A stretch of 64,000 nt of DNA from Thalia democratica. Taxonomy: Eukaryota. The stretch lies in contig OZ241830.1 in the NCBI GenBank assembly GCA_965202585.1, positions 72,044,001 through 72,108,000 on the forward strand. Direction: 5' to 3'. The translations under genes and the position numbers were made by a program. A model generated the notes under the pieces. It was not told the origin of the DNA and ran no database searches. It saw nothing but the letters and a program-made list of their open reading frames with translations. Positions 26,509-39,700 of the stretch are shown here, in pieces. Every line of letters starts with the position of its first letter. The stretch's first letter is position 1.

Positions 26509-27792
26509 TTCTAGGAGTAAAGTGAATAAAAACTCCAATTTAAATTTATTTTTCCAATACAAGACTTTATTAAATTGTATTAAATTAGCTAAAAATTATA
26601 TAAAAACACACACAATTTCCAATAGGAACAGTTTATTTTGAATAAAAATTAACTTGATAATTTTACATTTTTTAAAAGAGTACAAATATTCAAAGTGTAG
26701 GCTTATCAGAATTTAAAAAAATTGCTATAAAGCAGCGAAAATGTGTAAAAACTCACAAAAAAAATACTGTTTATTTTCAACCAACATCAACAATGGTGCG
26801 AAAACAAAACGGACAATGTTGAAATTGAAAGCATAGATAGAACGAAAGCACTTGGTCGAATTTGTTCACTTTTAACACCGGCAGCTAACATTTGAACTTG
26901 ACTACATTTTTGTCACTGTGAGACATGTATTGTGACAAAACTTCATTCGCAACTGCACTTTTTTAACCATTATTAACACACATGCAAATTCATTTGATAA
27001 ACCCTCCGCCTGGACTTTGCGACAACTCATTGCTTTTTTAATTGACTTCATAAATGGTCAACCAAAGTAAAATGGTAAACTATAATGCCTTAAAATATCA
27101 TTCTCCTGATTAGTGACTAAATTGAGAAAAAACATGGATAATTTTCATAAAGTGATCGATTACTACCAAGGAATTACATATATAAATCCACATACAACCG
27201 TGTTCTTAAAAATAAACATACACAAACTTTTTAGAAATCTTCGTCACACACATCACTTGCTGTCTAAGAAGAAAGTACAAAAGTGAAACCACTGTTTAGT
27301 ATGACTGTGCTTGAGAAATTGCAACAAATTTGTCAAAGAAAAAAAAAACGAAAGTTTTGTTCAGGAATTTCATTCAGGTAAGAGAGACGGTCTGTATAGA
27401 AGCACCGCGTTTGTTAGTAGCTTTTACAGGTAAAAAGTTAACTTTAAAATATTTGATTCTGAATGCTCTTTTAAATAGAGAACTTGCCAGGTGTTAAGAA
27501 TAGCGAGTAGTTTGGAAGGAGTTTGCAGCAAAGAGAAATCATATCAGACATCAAAAATACTTATAAAAAGCAAAAAAAAAGCATTATTAACTTGGAATTA
27601 CTGACATGATGTTTAAAAACTGCTTATAAAACAAAAGAATAAATAGACAAGTTAACAAAAAAGTAAAGGTGTTCTTCAAAATATTTTTCAACGTATTCAT
27701 GAACCAATTCAAAGTGAAGTTCAATTTAAACGTAAAAAGTGAAGAAGCATGAATAAATCTTGATATTTTTAATTTTTATTTTGCTGAATCAC

Positions 27793-30700
27793 CAATCTCT
27801 TCATCGCTTCCAGTTGTTCCTGCATGCGTTGGATCTGAAAAGTTAATAAGTTTGAATATTTCATTCTCTGTTTTGTGCCAAACAGTATTATAACTATTTA
27901 GGTTATTTTAATATGTTAAAGTTAAACAGCTTGGTTGTAACAAAAGTAACATTTAACTGCCAATTGGTAATACTAGATGCCTGTGTAACAGTTGTAAAAA
28001 GTCACATGACAACAGAACCTTTTATAAGTTAGTTAAAAATAATAACTTTGAAATATGATGAAAAGTTTAAGCTTTTTTTAGAAAAAAAACTTAAAAATGT
28101 TCTAACCTCGAGATTTTTGGCTTCGAGAGCAGATGCAGGGTCCACAGGAGCGCTGCTGTTGTTAAAATTTTAATTAATATTACCATGAGTAAGTTGGCAT
28201 GAATAAAGCTGATTCAATCAAGTTAAGATGTCAAAGTTATAGTTTCAAAACTTCAAGTAAATTACACTCAACTTAATAATACTGTATACTGAATGAATAT
28301 CTATGGATAACATTCTTTTTTAAAGGTAAACTAATATTCATTATCAAACTAACAGCTCGGGATCTTCGTTTTGCAGCTTGTCTGCTCTGTACTTCTCGTA
28401 CAGAATGTCGTGCGTCACCTCCTGCAGATCCTGCATGTGGGTCCTGATCAAATAAAAAAATAACTGTTAGATATTTGTTGATAATCTAATAGATGTATAT
28501 GATAAGTTTAAAATTTATTTTGTCGAGAAGTAACTTAAAATACACACAAAATATTTACATAGTAATGAGATTTCAAATTTTATCTCATTTGGTTATAAAA
28601 AAATACATAAATCATTTAATTCAAATTTAATTAAAAAACCAGCCTAAACTGATTACCGACAACCAACATTGGTCAGCAACAAACTAAAACTAACACCAGT
28701 ATTATAAATATAAGTTTGAAATAACTTTAAATTTTATTTTGTGGAGAAACGACAACAAAGCAAACAAATTGAAAACTAACACCAGCATTTGACGCAGGTG
28801 AACGAAATCGGAATGCTTGCCGTCTTCAATTTCGATGATTCCCCACGGGTATTCCCTGGCGCGAACCTTCCTGCCTTCCTTCTCCACCAGCGTCGTCGAC
28901 CCCACCACCGCAAACGGAACTTGTTTCTGCGATTTGATAATTTGTATAACTATAATTAGATTGTATAAATTACTTTATCACTAAAATATTTAATGTAAAA
29001 GCCAAACTTACATTGACGCTTTCAAAGTGTTTTTGAGAACCGTTTCAACTTTTATAAAACTGTTATTCCCTCGACAAAAGCATGGAGAATAAAAAATATA
29101 AAAGTTCAACTGTAACATCAATTTGCAAACACGTATTTTTCATAAAACGAGTAAAATACTATTCAAACTAAAACATTCAGCATTTTCGCTTTCAAAATTT
29201 GTTTTAGTGTTTTTGAGAATCATACCAGCTCTGATTAAAATATGCATTACTCTCCAGTTACCATGAAAAATTAAAAAAGTAAACTAATTTTATTCTTTAG
29301 TAGCACTAGACTACATAAATTAACAAATACTCATTCAAACTAAAACCTTCAGCAAGTTAGTCTACCGTCAGGTTTCGATTCCTGAGTCTAACATTGCACA
29401 ATAAACAATATAATAATAACAATAAAACACTACCTTCAGCAAGTTTGTCTGCTGCTTGAAAGCTTCGTCCTCGTCATCGTCGGCGTCCGGGAGGCAGTAG
29501 ACGCTGATGTCGTTCCTCGCCACGTCCTCCATCACGTTCCGCTTCAGCCGCATGAGCTCCTGCTTGGTCAGCATGTCCGCCTTGCCGATCACCGGCACGA
29601 TGTTCACTTTGTCGTGCACCGCGCGCATGAACGCCACGTCTAATGGTTTCAACCTGTGTGACGTCATAAAGGTTGAAACAGCGAAATTTGGTTGAGTTTT
29701 ACGTTGGATCAACTTAATGTGTTGATATGTGGTAAGAGTTATGAATGTTGGTAGTCAGAACCTTACAGACTTTATTTTTTTTTTTTAAATATTAAATATA
29801 TAACATTTAGTAATAAAATCAATTGAAGACGTAAAAAGTACAGTTTGAAACAGATTGTGGTAAGAGATTAAATGTTTTTTTGAGGATAAAGATGTTAATT
29901 TTGGGCAAATAATGGCTTAATGAGAAAACGTTAACAAAAACTGTTTAAATAGCTAACAACTAAAAAACTAACTTATTATTTTCAAAACAACTTGTAAAAT
30001 TTAAATGTCTGTCTATTTGAAAAACAATATAACTTTTTTTTGTAACTTTTTTTATAAACTTTTCTTGCTTTCAAGCAAATGAGTATCATAGTATTGAATT
30101 CAAACAAGTTTTATTAAACAGTAAAAAAGCATCATTTGGATGAAAACTTTTTATTCTAAATTAGTGTAAAAAACACTTTATACACATTTTTGTGTAAATA
30201 AACTTCTGTAACGTTTATATATTTATATAAAAAAATTAAGAACAACACATATAAAAATACTTATATAAATAGTTGAAACATTTAAACAGCCAAAACCAAA
30301 AACTTCCTTCAAGTTTTTTATAAAAATTATGTTTTGAATATATAAAAATAAAACTTCAAGTACTAATAAAAACAGTTTAACTGTATAGCAGTTACACGAG
30401 GTTATTTTTAACATGATGTTTTACCGCCTGTGAAAAGCAAACAGATATTTTCACAATACATTTTGTTTGCTGTACAAACAAAAACTGTCTGCTCTACTTT
30501 GTTTAAAGAGAAACTTTTCGACTTACTGTAAAACATATGATCTGGTCATGAAAAAATTATGGATATTATTTGAGCTTAATGTTTAAAAAATTTTGGAAAA
30601 ACCAGAAAATGTTTAATTTAATATTTGAACCGTGAAACGAAATTAAGTCTTAAGTAAACAGCAAATTAATCTGTATAAATATTCGTATAAAATATTAAAC

Positions 30701-33700
30701 TCTGAAAATACAGAAAAATTTCAACATAATTTTCAGGAACAACAAGCAATGCATTTTAAGTCGGCTGAAGTCACTATGTATAACAATACCAAGTATTGAA
30801 ACCCAAAATCTTATGTTTTTCTTTACAAAAAATTTAGACTTAAAAGTAAATTGCTATGCTTCAACAACATTTTCATAATATTCAATTTATTTAAACTTGT
30901 ATTCATTAACTAAACTCCTGATTTAAATTAAAAAAATAACAATTTTGACTTTTTTTAATTTTAAGGAGTAGTGTTAATAAATGTTTTATATGGAGTTTTT
31001 TAATTTATAAGAAATTGTTTTCCCGCTTAAAATAACTTATTAAGACACAAAATTTGGCTTTATATTAATAACTATCAATTTAGCAATCATCATTTATAAA
31101 GCTATAATATAGTTTGCAAGATAAACTAATTTGCTATTATAGAAATATGAATTTTAGCCTCAACTTATCTTTTAAGATGTACACAGCAAACAAAAGTTTA
31201 CTGATGATTAAACAAATGCGTTTGTTAATGCTTTCTGAACTGTTTAAATTTATTTTAAAGTAATGTTTGCGTAGCAATTACCAAATCGGCTGACCACTTT
31301 ACCTTGCCATTAGTGATTCAAAATATGCTGGAATAATATATATGTTTATTTACTTAAAAATCAAACTTGCAACATTTTAGCAAAGGTAGTTTTAATATAC
31401 ACCATATTAATTTTGTTTGCATAAATTAGATTCTGTTTAAATTTAAAATCTTATAAATTTCAACTTTTATTGCTACGTTAAAAATCGTAAAAATTATGAT
31501 GAGGTGTTTGTTGGCTTTTTTTAGAACTTTTTAGAAAAAAGCAAACAGACCTTCAATAAATCATTGTTGAGAGAAAAATCAAGAAGTTTAAACAGTGCTG
31601 ATTTAAGAGAAAACATCTGCAAAAGCTGGTTTTTAAAATACCTTTGATTTGAGCTCCAGCTTAAGCCTTGAGTGCTTTCGAAATCAAATTGATTAGATAT
31701 CATTAGACCCTTGTAATTAGGGGAAACACAAAGAAAGGGTGAGATACCATTCACACATGAGTTACCTTCAAAAAGACCTTGGTAATTGTGACCGGTTTTG
31801 ATCATTTAAAACTATTAACAGATTTTGTGATTTGCAACTGAAGTTTTTCGGTGTAGACCAACTTGAGATGGGAGTTTTTTTAATTAAAATTAAATTGAAC
31901 GTTATATTGAAATTGCTTAATTGTCACAGCATTGGTAACTTCAAAATATTAAAGAAGTAAAAATATTAAAGCACTACCGAAACATGCTTGAAAGGCACAT
32001 TTAAAATTTTGATTTTCCACAGAGCATCATTTTGGCGTTAGAGGACTAAATTGATAGAATGGAGAATTTCTTTCCTGATGTGACGGATTGCACTAACGTA
32101 GGGGAATGTGGAATTATTGTTTTAGTGAATATGTAAGTGCAATTATGTGTATTAGCAAACGGCGCGTTTTCTTCCAAATATTATACTTTACAACTTAAAT
32201 ATTTTAAAAGAACTGAACCTTTTTGACAAACTACTTGGAAATTTAAATTTTCAATAAATGAAAAACATGGTTCTTTTGAATATTACGTCACTAATTGCTT
32301 TTCTTGTATCAATTTAACAAGCTTTTTGATGAAATTGACAATTTGTACAACCTTTTATTTTTTGTATAATATACATGATTTAACTTTTTCTGTGTAAATT
32401 ACTAGATACTTTAAAGGGGTAAAAAAGTTTAAGGAATTTGTTGAGATACAAGGCAACAAAGAAATTAGTTCAAGATTCTCCGTAGGCAAAACGCAAACAA
32501 AAGTTATGTGAAAAATATTAAAAAAATTAAGTATTAGTCTACCACTATTAGCAACCGGTTTTCAAGCAATCGCGTTCAAAGTCTTAAAAAGTTTTTAGCT
32601 ACCTTTTTTATTTAAAACTTATTTTGTCATAGCATTTATAGTTAAAAAATATTTTCTATATGTTTCTAATTTTTACCTTAACTATTAAGAAGTAATTTAT
32701 CAAGTAAACTATTAGAAACTTGAAGATGAAAAGAAATATTTAGAGAAAAAAAAAGTTTTACTATAACAAATATTTCAAAAGAACTTTTTTATATTTAACG
32801 CTTTTTTTTTAATATTAAATATAATGGTTTTTTCAATACAATTTTGTTTTTAAAGAGTTTAATCTTTGTTTTGTTAGTTTTTTTTAAACATGTCGCCTGC
32901 GAAGATTTGTTTGTAATATTTAGAACTGGAAAAGTTTTTTTGTAAATCTGGTCTGCTGAACCACTACACCAACAGTTAGAAAGTCACTGTTAGAAACCTC
33001 ATACAAGAAACAGGGTAACTAACCCCCGCGAACTGCTGGAAATGAAGTAGAAGCAGCAGTGCACCCTGGTGTCCGTGATGTGCCTCCTGTTGAAACCTCT
33101 CTCCTCTTTCAGGTAGGCGTCCATCTGCGCGCTTATGTACTCCACTATCGGCGTGTAGCTGCGTGAATGTTTATCGAATTACAACATTGTTTTATTCTAA
33201 ACCGGGGTTTCCCCTGTGGGTCAAACGGTAGGGGGCTATTATTTGAATAGATAACCTGGAGGTGATGATGAGGAGAAAAAAAAAAGTTTTAGGCATATTT
33301 AACATAAGTTTTTTTTTATTGATGGGTGCCATAGCTTCATTTATTTCTTCATAGGCGGCTTATGAAAAAAAATTTTGGGAAACCCTGATGTGAACCATCA
33401 CTTAACCTAATGCATATCAACTAAAATAAAACAAACACAAACCACTTGGTTCAAAACAGATCATTCAATTCAACCAACCACTTGGTGCTGTCAAGCAATT
33501 AATTAATATTTTTTAACTCTATAAAAACTGGCTTGTAGTTTGTACTTCAAGCTTTCATATAAGGTCCAATGTTATTTTAAGTGTCCCCTATGCCCTTATA
33601 CTAGTTTATATTCAACCAACCACTTGGTGCTGTCGAGAGCCCTGCCGAAGCCGGGCGTGTCGACGATGTTCAGCCGCAGCTTGACTCCCCGCTCCTCGAT

Positions 33701-36700
33701 GTCCTCGCTCCTCACCTCTATGCTGCACGTGCTCTCCATGCTGTCTTCGATGTCGGGAAGTTCCCTGCCCTGATACATGTTGGTCAGGAACAGCGAGTTG
33801 ACCAGGGTGGATTTGCCCAGGCCGGATTCGCCTGTTGGTACGATATAGAATTAAATTTACCTTTTTTATTGTGAAGAAATTGGATTTATTTTGAAACCAA
33901 AATTTTTATTTGTTAAATGGTTACTTGTTAGTCTTAGCAATTTTATTTTAAAGAAAAAAATAATAATTTTAACCTTTTATCTCTTAGCTATCGATTGTAG
34001 TAGACATTTTTTTTAGCCCGGTGAAAAATATATTTTACATTACTGGGGTTTTCAATTACGAGCTTTATTGTACTTCACATAATTTTAACTTAAACTAAAG
34101 CATCATGTTTTATAATTTAAAAAGCTATGCAAAACTGTATGTGCATAGGTAATAATATTTTTTGATTTTACATTAAACAGTAGCAATAAATATAAAAAAA
34201 ATTTAAATAAGAATTACCTTGCTTGGAAGTTTACCAAAAAACTAAAAAGTTGTGCTGTAATAGTTAGTTTTTTAATACTTTTTTCTTATACTCCTTACAT
34301 CATTCTTTAACATAAAATATCTTATATAAAAATACTGTTTTTGAATATATTTTAACTTTTTCCAAACCCAAGTTATCAATCCCAAGTTATTTATTATCTA
34401 TAACCAGATTAAGCTATACTCAATCATAAACACATACCAAACTTACAACACAACTGACACAAACTAACTGCATTTTTTATCATTAAAAACATACTCAATT
34501 AACAAAAACAAGCACACATACCGGCCACCATGAGAGTGAACTCGAAACCCTTCTTGACGGATTTCCTGTGAACCTGGTTGGGAAGGCTGGCGAAACCCAC
34601 GTACGCCCTGGACGGTTCCCTCTTCACACCGCCTCCGCTTGTCTGTAATGTGTAAAAAGTATTGTTAACTTGCTTTATATATTTTTATTTAAACAAAAAG
34701 TAAAATCTATTTCAGCTAACGCTTATCAACTACTTTTGTTAGCAACTAATTTTATAAATAAACTTTGAGTAAATAAACAGTTAGAGGTTTCATAAGAAAA
34801 TACTCAATTAATTTATGCAGTTTAATAATTACTGTTAGTTCAAGTTTTATCAATGTGGTCGTGTGTTTGTTATTGAAAAATAATAATAAATTAGAGTGAA
34901 AAGCAAGCTTTAAAATTATATAAGTTTCTCAGGTGTATCTTTTTTATTTACCTGTACTCTGTACAATATATCTATCACCTACATTGGCAATTTATATTAT
35001 TTTTAACTACATTAACATGCTTGTTGATCGTAATCTACATTCTTCTTAAATTGAAGTAACTGTAAACCAATAAAAAAATAATATGTATTGAAAGTATTAT
35101 GTCATAAACTAAAAAATCTAGCAATCAAGAGTACTTATATTATCTTTATGACATTTAAAGTATTAAATTTTTATAATTTTAAAGCACATCTAAAGACAAT
35201 AAGTTGGGTTTTTTGACATAAACTTTAAAAGAAAATATTTAGCTAGAAGCTTTAGTTAAAAGTTATGTTTTTCTCTAATTACATGCGTGATAGACAGATG
35301 AAAATATTTACACAAATATTATCTGAATGAGTAATCCAAAAGCAATCTGCGTAATGTCACGCAGAAAAATTTTAATTGTAGATGGGTGTTGCAACTTTTA
35401 AATATCAACTTTTTTGTAGTAACTTTGACAACAATTTTTAAAATGTTAGCTAACTCAATATAAATAAATCTTCGTTTAATATAGCTTATGATAAATTAGT
35501 TAAAACTTTTTGAGTACTGATTGTGAAGTATAAAAAAATTTATTATTGATATTCAACTTAAATATTTAATATGAATACCAATTGAACTGTTTTTTAAACA
35601 TTTACTTGTTAACTCAGGCAGTTTTTCAAGTGCTAAAACAGCTAAAAAGAAACAAGTTTAAGTTAATAATTTTTATAACAACATGTATTAAAGTTTATTG
35701 CTTTATTACTTTTATTTATGTTCTAATTTATCTTAATTTTATTCAACTAATTTTTCAACTTACTTTATTGACTTGCAAAGTATTCATGACCTAATTCAGT
35801 TTCTTGATTATAACACTTAATCAACTTTCTTTAAATAAATTTAATTTAATTGCATGATAATAAAATCAAACTATAAAAGAGCTTATAATTAGAAATTTTA
35901 TCTTTTAATTTTAGAACGCTTATCTCAACAACTTAAAAAGACTAAAAAAGTGTTATATAAAGTTGTTATTTGAATATACTTTTCTGAAAAATAAAATACA
36001 AAAACATATTTTTGTTTAAACTCTGAAAGAAAAATTCTGAAATGAAAAATTTAAAATAAAATACCTGCTGACCAGCTCATAACTTATACAGACATTGTAA
36101 TAAACAACAACTAGATAAAGTATTACTAACAAAAGAAAATTTACATTAGAAAAAAAGAACTTAAACAACACTAATCACATAATCACTGATTAACAAATCA
36201 ATCACTTTTCAATAAATTAAAACAGCTATAGAGAGCTTAAACTACTTAAAAGTAATTAGCATACTGTTTTTTAAAGCTTTAAATTCACATTCAACTAGAC
36301 TAAACAAAAAGTTTCTTAATGCAGTTTGGTATGTTTCTATTAATTTTTCTTTCAAACTTTCTCACTCTAGGAAGTTGCGCGAGTGACGGTTTCCTTATTC
36401 GGTTTCTCCAATATACTTTTTCAAATACAAAATGTTGATGACTGCTACCTTTCTTGAAAAATAAGCAGTTTTTTAAGTGCTTTCATACGCTGCCGCAAAA
36501 GACAATGGCTTTGAAACTTTTTTCTTTCTGAAATATATATCTTCGACAGAAGCACTTGCAAGCTCTTTTGTTGCTGAACTTTTATGCTCTATTGTTTATA
36601 AACTTTTTTTCGAGTTGCATGATTATTATAAGTATGTTTGAAGACAAGGGTGTTTAGTATGATAAAGTAATACATGACATATATATTTTTATTTATCATT

Positions 36701-39700
36701 TGATAAATTGTATTGACACAATATAAAAATTATTACTGTTGAAAATATCTGTTTCTGAAATTGAATAACTTTTTTATTGGAGATCATACAAAACATTAAA
36801 AGTACCTTTAATTATTTTCTTAGGGTTTTTATAATCTCGTATCTCAAATCAAAAACTATTCTTTACTTAACTGCCTAAAAACTTCTAATTTTTTTCTAAA
36901 AGTTCTTAACTGAAGGTTATTAAAAACAAGTGCGTTTAATTTCAATGCATGCTCGTCAAAAGTTAAAACTGAATGAAAGGTGTTAGTGCTAAACTCAAGT
37001 AGCAGTAGCTCTTTTTTTTATGACGACACGAGCAAAAAACACGATCATTGTGACGTAATACAAGACCTTATTTGGTTGTAAACAGTTCGGTTGTGATGGT
37101 TACAACAAGATAATCAAGATAATCTTTTAATGCTTGATTACAACTGCTTATAGCATGTATCAATACTTTAATTATGGGATTTGTTGTTTAAACTCATCAA
37201 GGTGTCTTGCTGATGTCAAAACAGATTAAAATAAAATTCGTTGTAAAAATTTGAATTTTAACAAACTTTTTTTTTTCAACTCTCAAAAATCAAGCTAACT
37301 TGTGCTGTGAAAATATCATTACTAAAATGTATTAATGGAAAAAAGGCATGTTATTTATTGAAAGTTAATAAGCGGTCTATTTTCTAAGGTAAGAAAATGT
37401 AACACGTTGACTCTTTTGAACTTTAAAAGATGTTTTGTTAACACGTACAAAGCAAAAGAGTTTAACAAAAAATCGTTGTTGAAATAATAGATAAAAATAA
37501 CCTTTGTTTGAACCAGTCACAAAGTAAAAACCTTTTTATTAAATGACAACTTTGTAAACTTTGTTGAGCTGAAATTACTTTGAACTCAAAGAAAACTCAG
37601 TAAAAAATTATTTCAATACTATATCATAAACACCTTGATAAAAAATTATATCAAATAAAGCTAAATTGACAATTACAAGTTAATGCAAATGTTACTTCTT
37701 ATAATTTTTAAAGCATTTATAATCAATTACATAATCTGTTACAAGCTTTGTACCATCTAAAATAGTATTTTTATGAATTGAGTAAAATAAAAGTGGAAAT
37801 GACTATTTTATTTCGAAGTTATTTACTAAAAAAACAAACCTTAGTTTAATAATGACAAATTAAACCAAAACATCAAGGATGTTTTTATAAAAACATGACC
37901 TTCGAAGAGTACTTAGTAAAAGTCAATCAGAATTATTTGAATGACAAACTTTTTTAATTTCTGATTGTATTTTGCAAACAAATATCCCAAATCTAAAAAC
38001 TAATGTCACTATACTTAATTTTTCTAATTTCTATATACCTAATTAACAACTATGTAAATAAGACTGTTTAATTATAAGAGTTAATTATTTTATTACATGT
38101 TAAATCCGTATAACAATATGAGCAATAAATTTAATAAATTTTAAACTTATTACAAGAAATTTTGAACACGTATTATAAACATTTTATGCATAATTAACTT
38201 TAAATCGAACATTTTTGGCATTTGCGAATTTTATATTAAGGCAGCTGTATTTGTACAGAGGTCGTGTGTATTGCAATTTGCTTTAAAACCGCTCTCAAAC
38301 ACCATTCGAAATTGAGACCATCGAAACTTATTAGTGGGTTTTAAGTGCTGTAAACCAACAACTCAAATAAACTTTTTATGATGTAAAATACTTTTACAAA
38401 CAGTCATACTGATTGATTAAAATCTTTAAATATTTTCTATCTATAAAAAGCGCTTAATTTATTAAAGTTTACAGTATTTTTGTATTAACACAATATTACA
38501 TTTTTTGTTAAAACACATTAATGTTTAACTTAAAACAAAAGTAAATTGTTTGTAATATTTAACAGCAACTTTTTGTTAAGTTTATCACTTTGTGAAATTT
38601 AATAAAACACAAATTAAAGTCTAATTTATTTAATTAGAAAACTATTCTTATGTAAAATTAAGAAAAAAAACAAACTTAAAGATAAATGCCTATGTTATAT
38701 TGTTTTGCAACAGTTTAAGTATATATTTAAATAACGAAATATTAAAAACATAAACTTACTAATTGAAAGATTGTTTAAAACTATGATAAAATAATATTTT
38801 CAATATTTTTTTAACGTTTCAATTACAACATTTACTGCTTAGTGCGACCAAACTTCTTAAAGTGCAGCTGATTTTTTTTACAGAACTGTTTTTTTTACAG
38901 TAATTAAACTGTCATAGAAAGAAAAGTCTCACCAGATTTTTGTTGACGGCTTGCTGAGGCGTGGCAGCAAACGAAACCTCGTTCTTGCTTTTGATTGGCT
39001 GCCCATCGTCGCAACTCTCATCCTGATTGGTCAGCACCGTCCTCGCAGCGGGCTTGGGATTTTCAGCTCGTTTGGCAGGAACGGGATCGGACATTCTGGC
39101 CGTTTCGGCTTCCTGCGCGGCAATTTGCAGCGTCTTCTTCTTCCTTTCTATCTCCTTGCGCTCCTCTCGCAATCTCCTGCCTCTTTCTTCGAGTATTCCT
39201 GTGAAAAAGTTTAATATGAAATTAAGGTATACTATCTAAATCCACCCGCGTTTAAAATCCATTCGATTGATTTTTTTTTTTTTTCTATGCATCCTCTTTA
39301 TTTTTTGTTTATTTTTTACTATCACTGTTACACCTAACCCTTACCCTCGATCGTTAAGCGGTTCTTGAATTTGACTTGGTGGATTTTGATCGGGTGGATT
39401 TTGATCGGGTGGATTTTGAATGCGTCCCGAAATTAATACACCTCTACATTAGAAAAGGTGAAATAAAAAAAATAACTTTATTTTAATAAAGTTTGTTGAA
39501 TGCTTTGAAGTTTAGTTTTTTCTTTTTGAATAGACCGACATCCGTTAAAATATTTTCGTTTTTCTTTTTTTATACCTAGAACTTTCCATGTTAATTTAGT
39601 AATTTTACGTACAATTTGTTAGTAACAAATTATTTAATTTTAAGTTTTTTTAGTTAATATAAAAACTTAAATATATAACGACTAATGAAATATTTTTTAC

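Noticed and set aside
27360-27440. Plus-strand cag|gtaaga and ttttacag|gtaaaa sites suggesting an antisense or recursive exon
   Set aside because: No supporting ORF or partner exons. Such motifs arise by chance in AT-rich DNA.
31200-31245. CTGATGA followed by a hairpin and CTGA (hammerhead or C/D snoRNA-like)
   Set aside because: Lacks the GAAA core, is too short for a snoRNA, and is antisense to the host gene.
36366-36620. Possible extra septin exon ending in phase-0 donor aga|gtgaga
   Set aside because: No in-frame ATG, the best acceptor (tttcag at 36528) leads to a stop, and the other acceptor is weak. It cannot be supported without RNA data.
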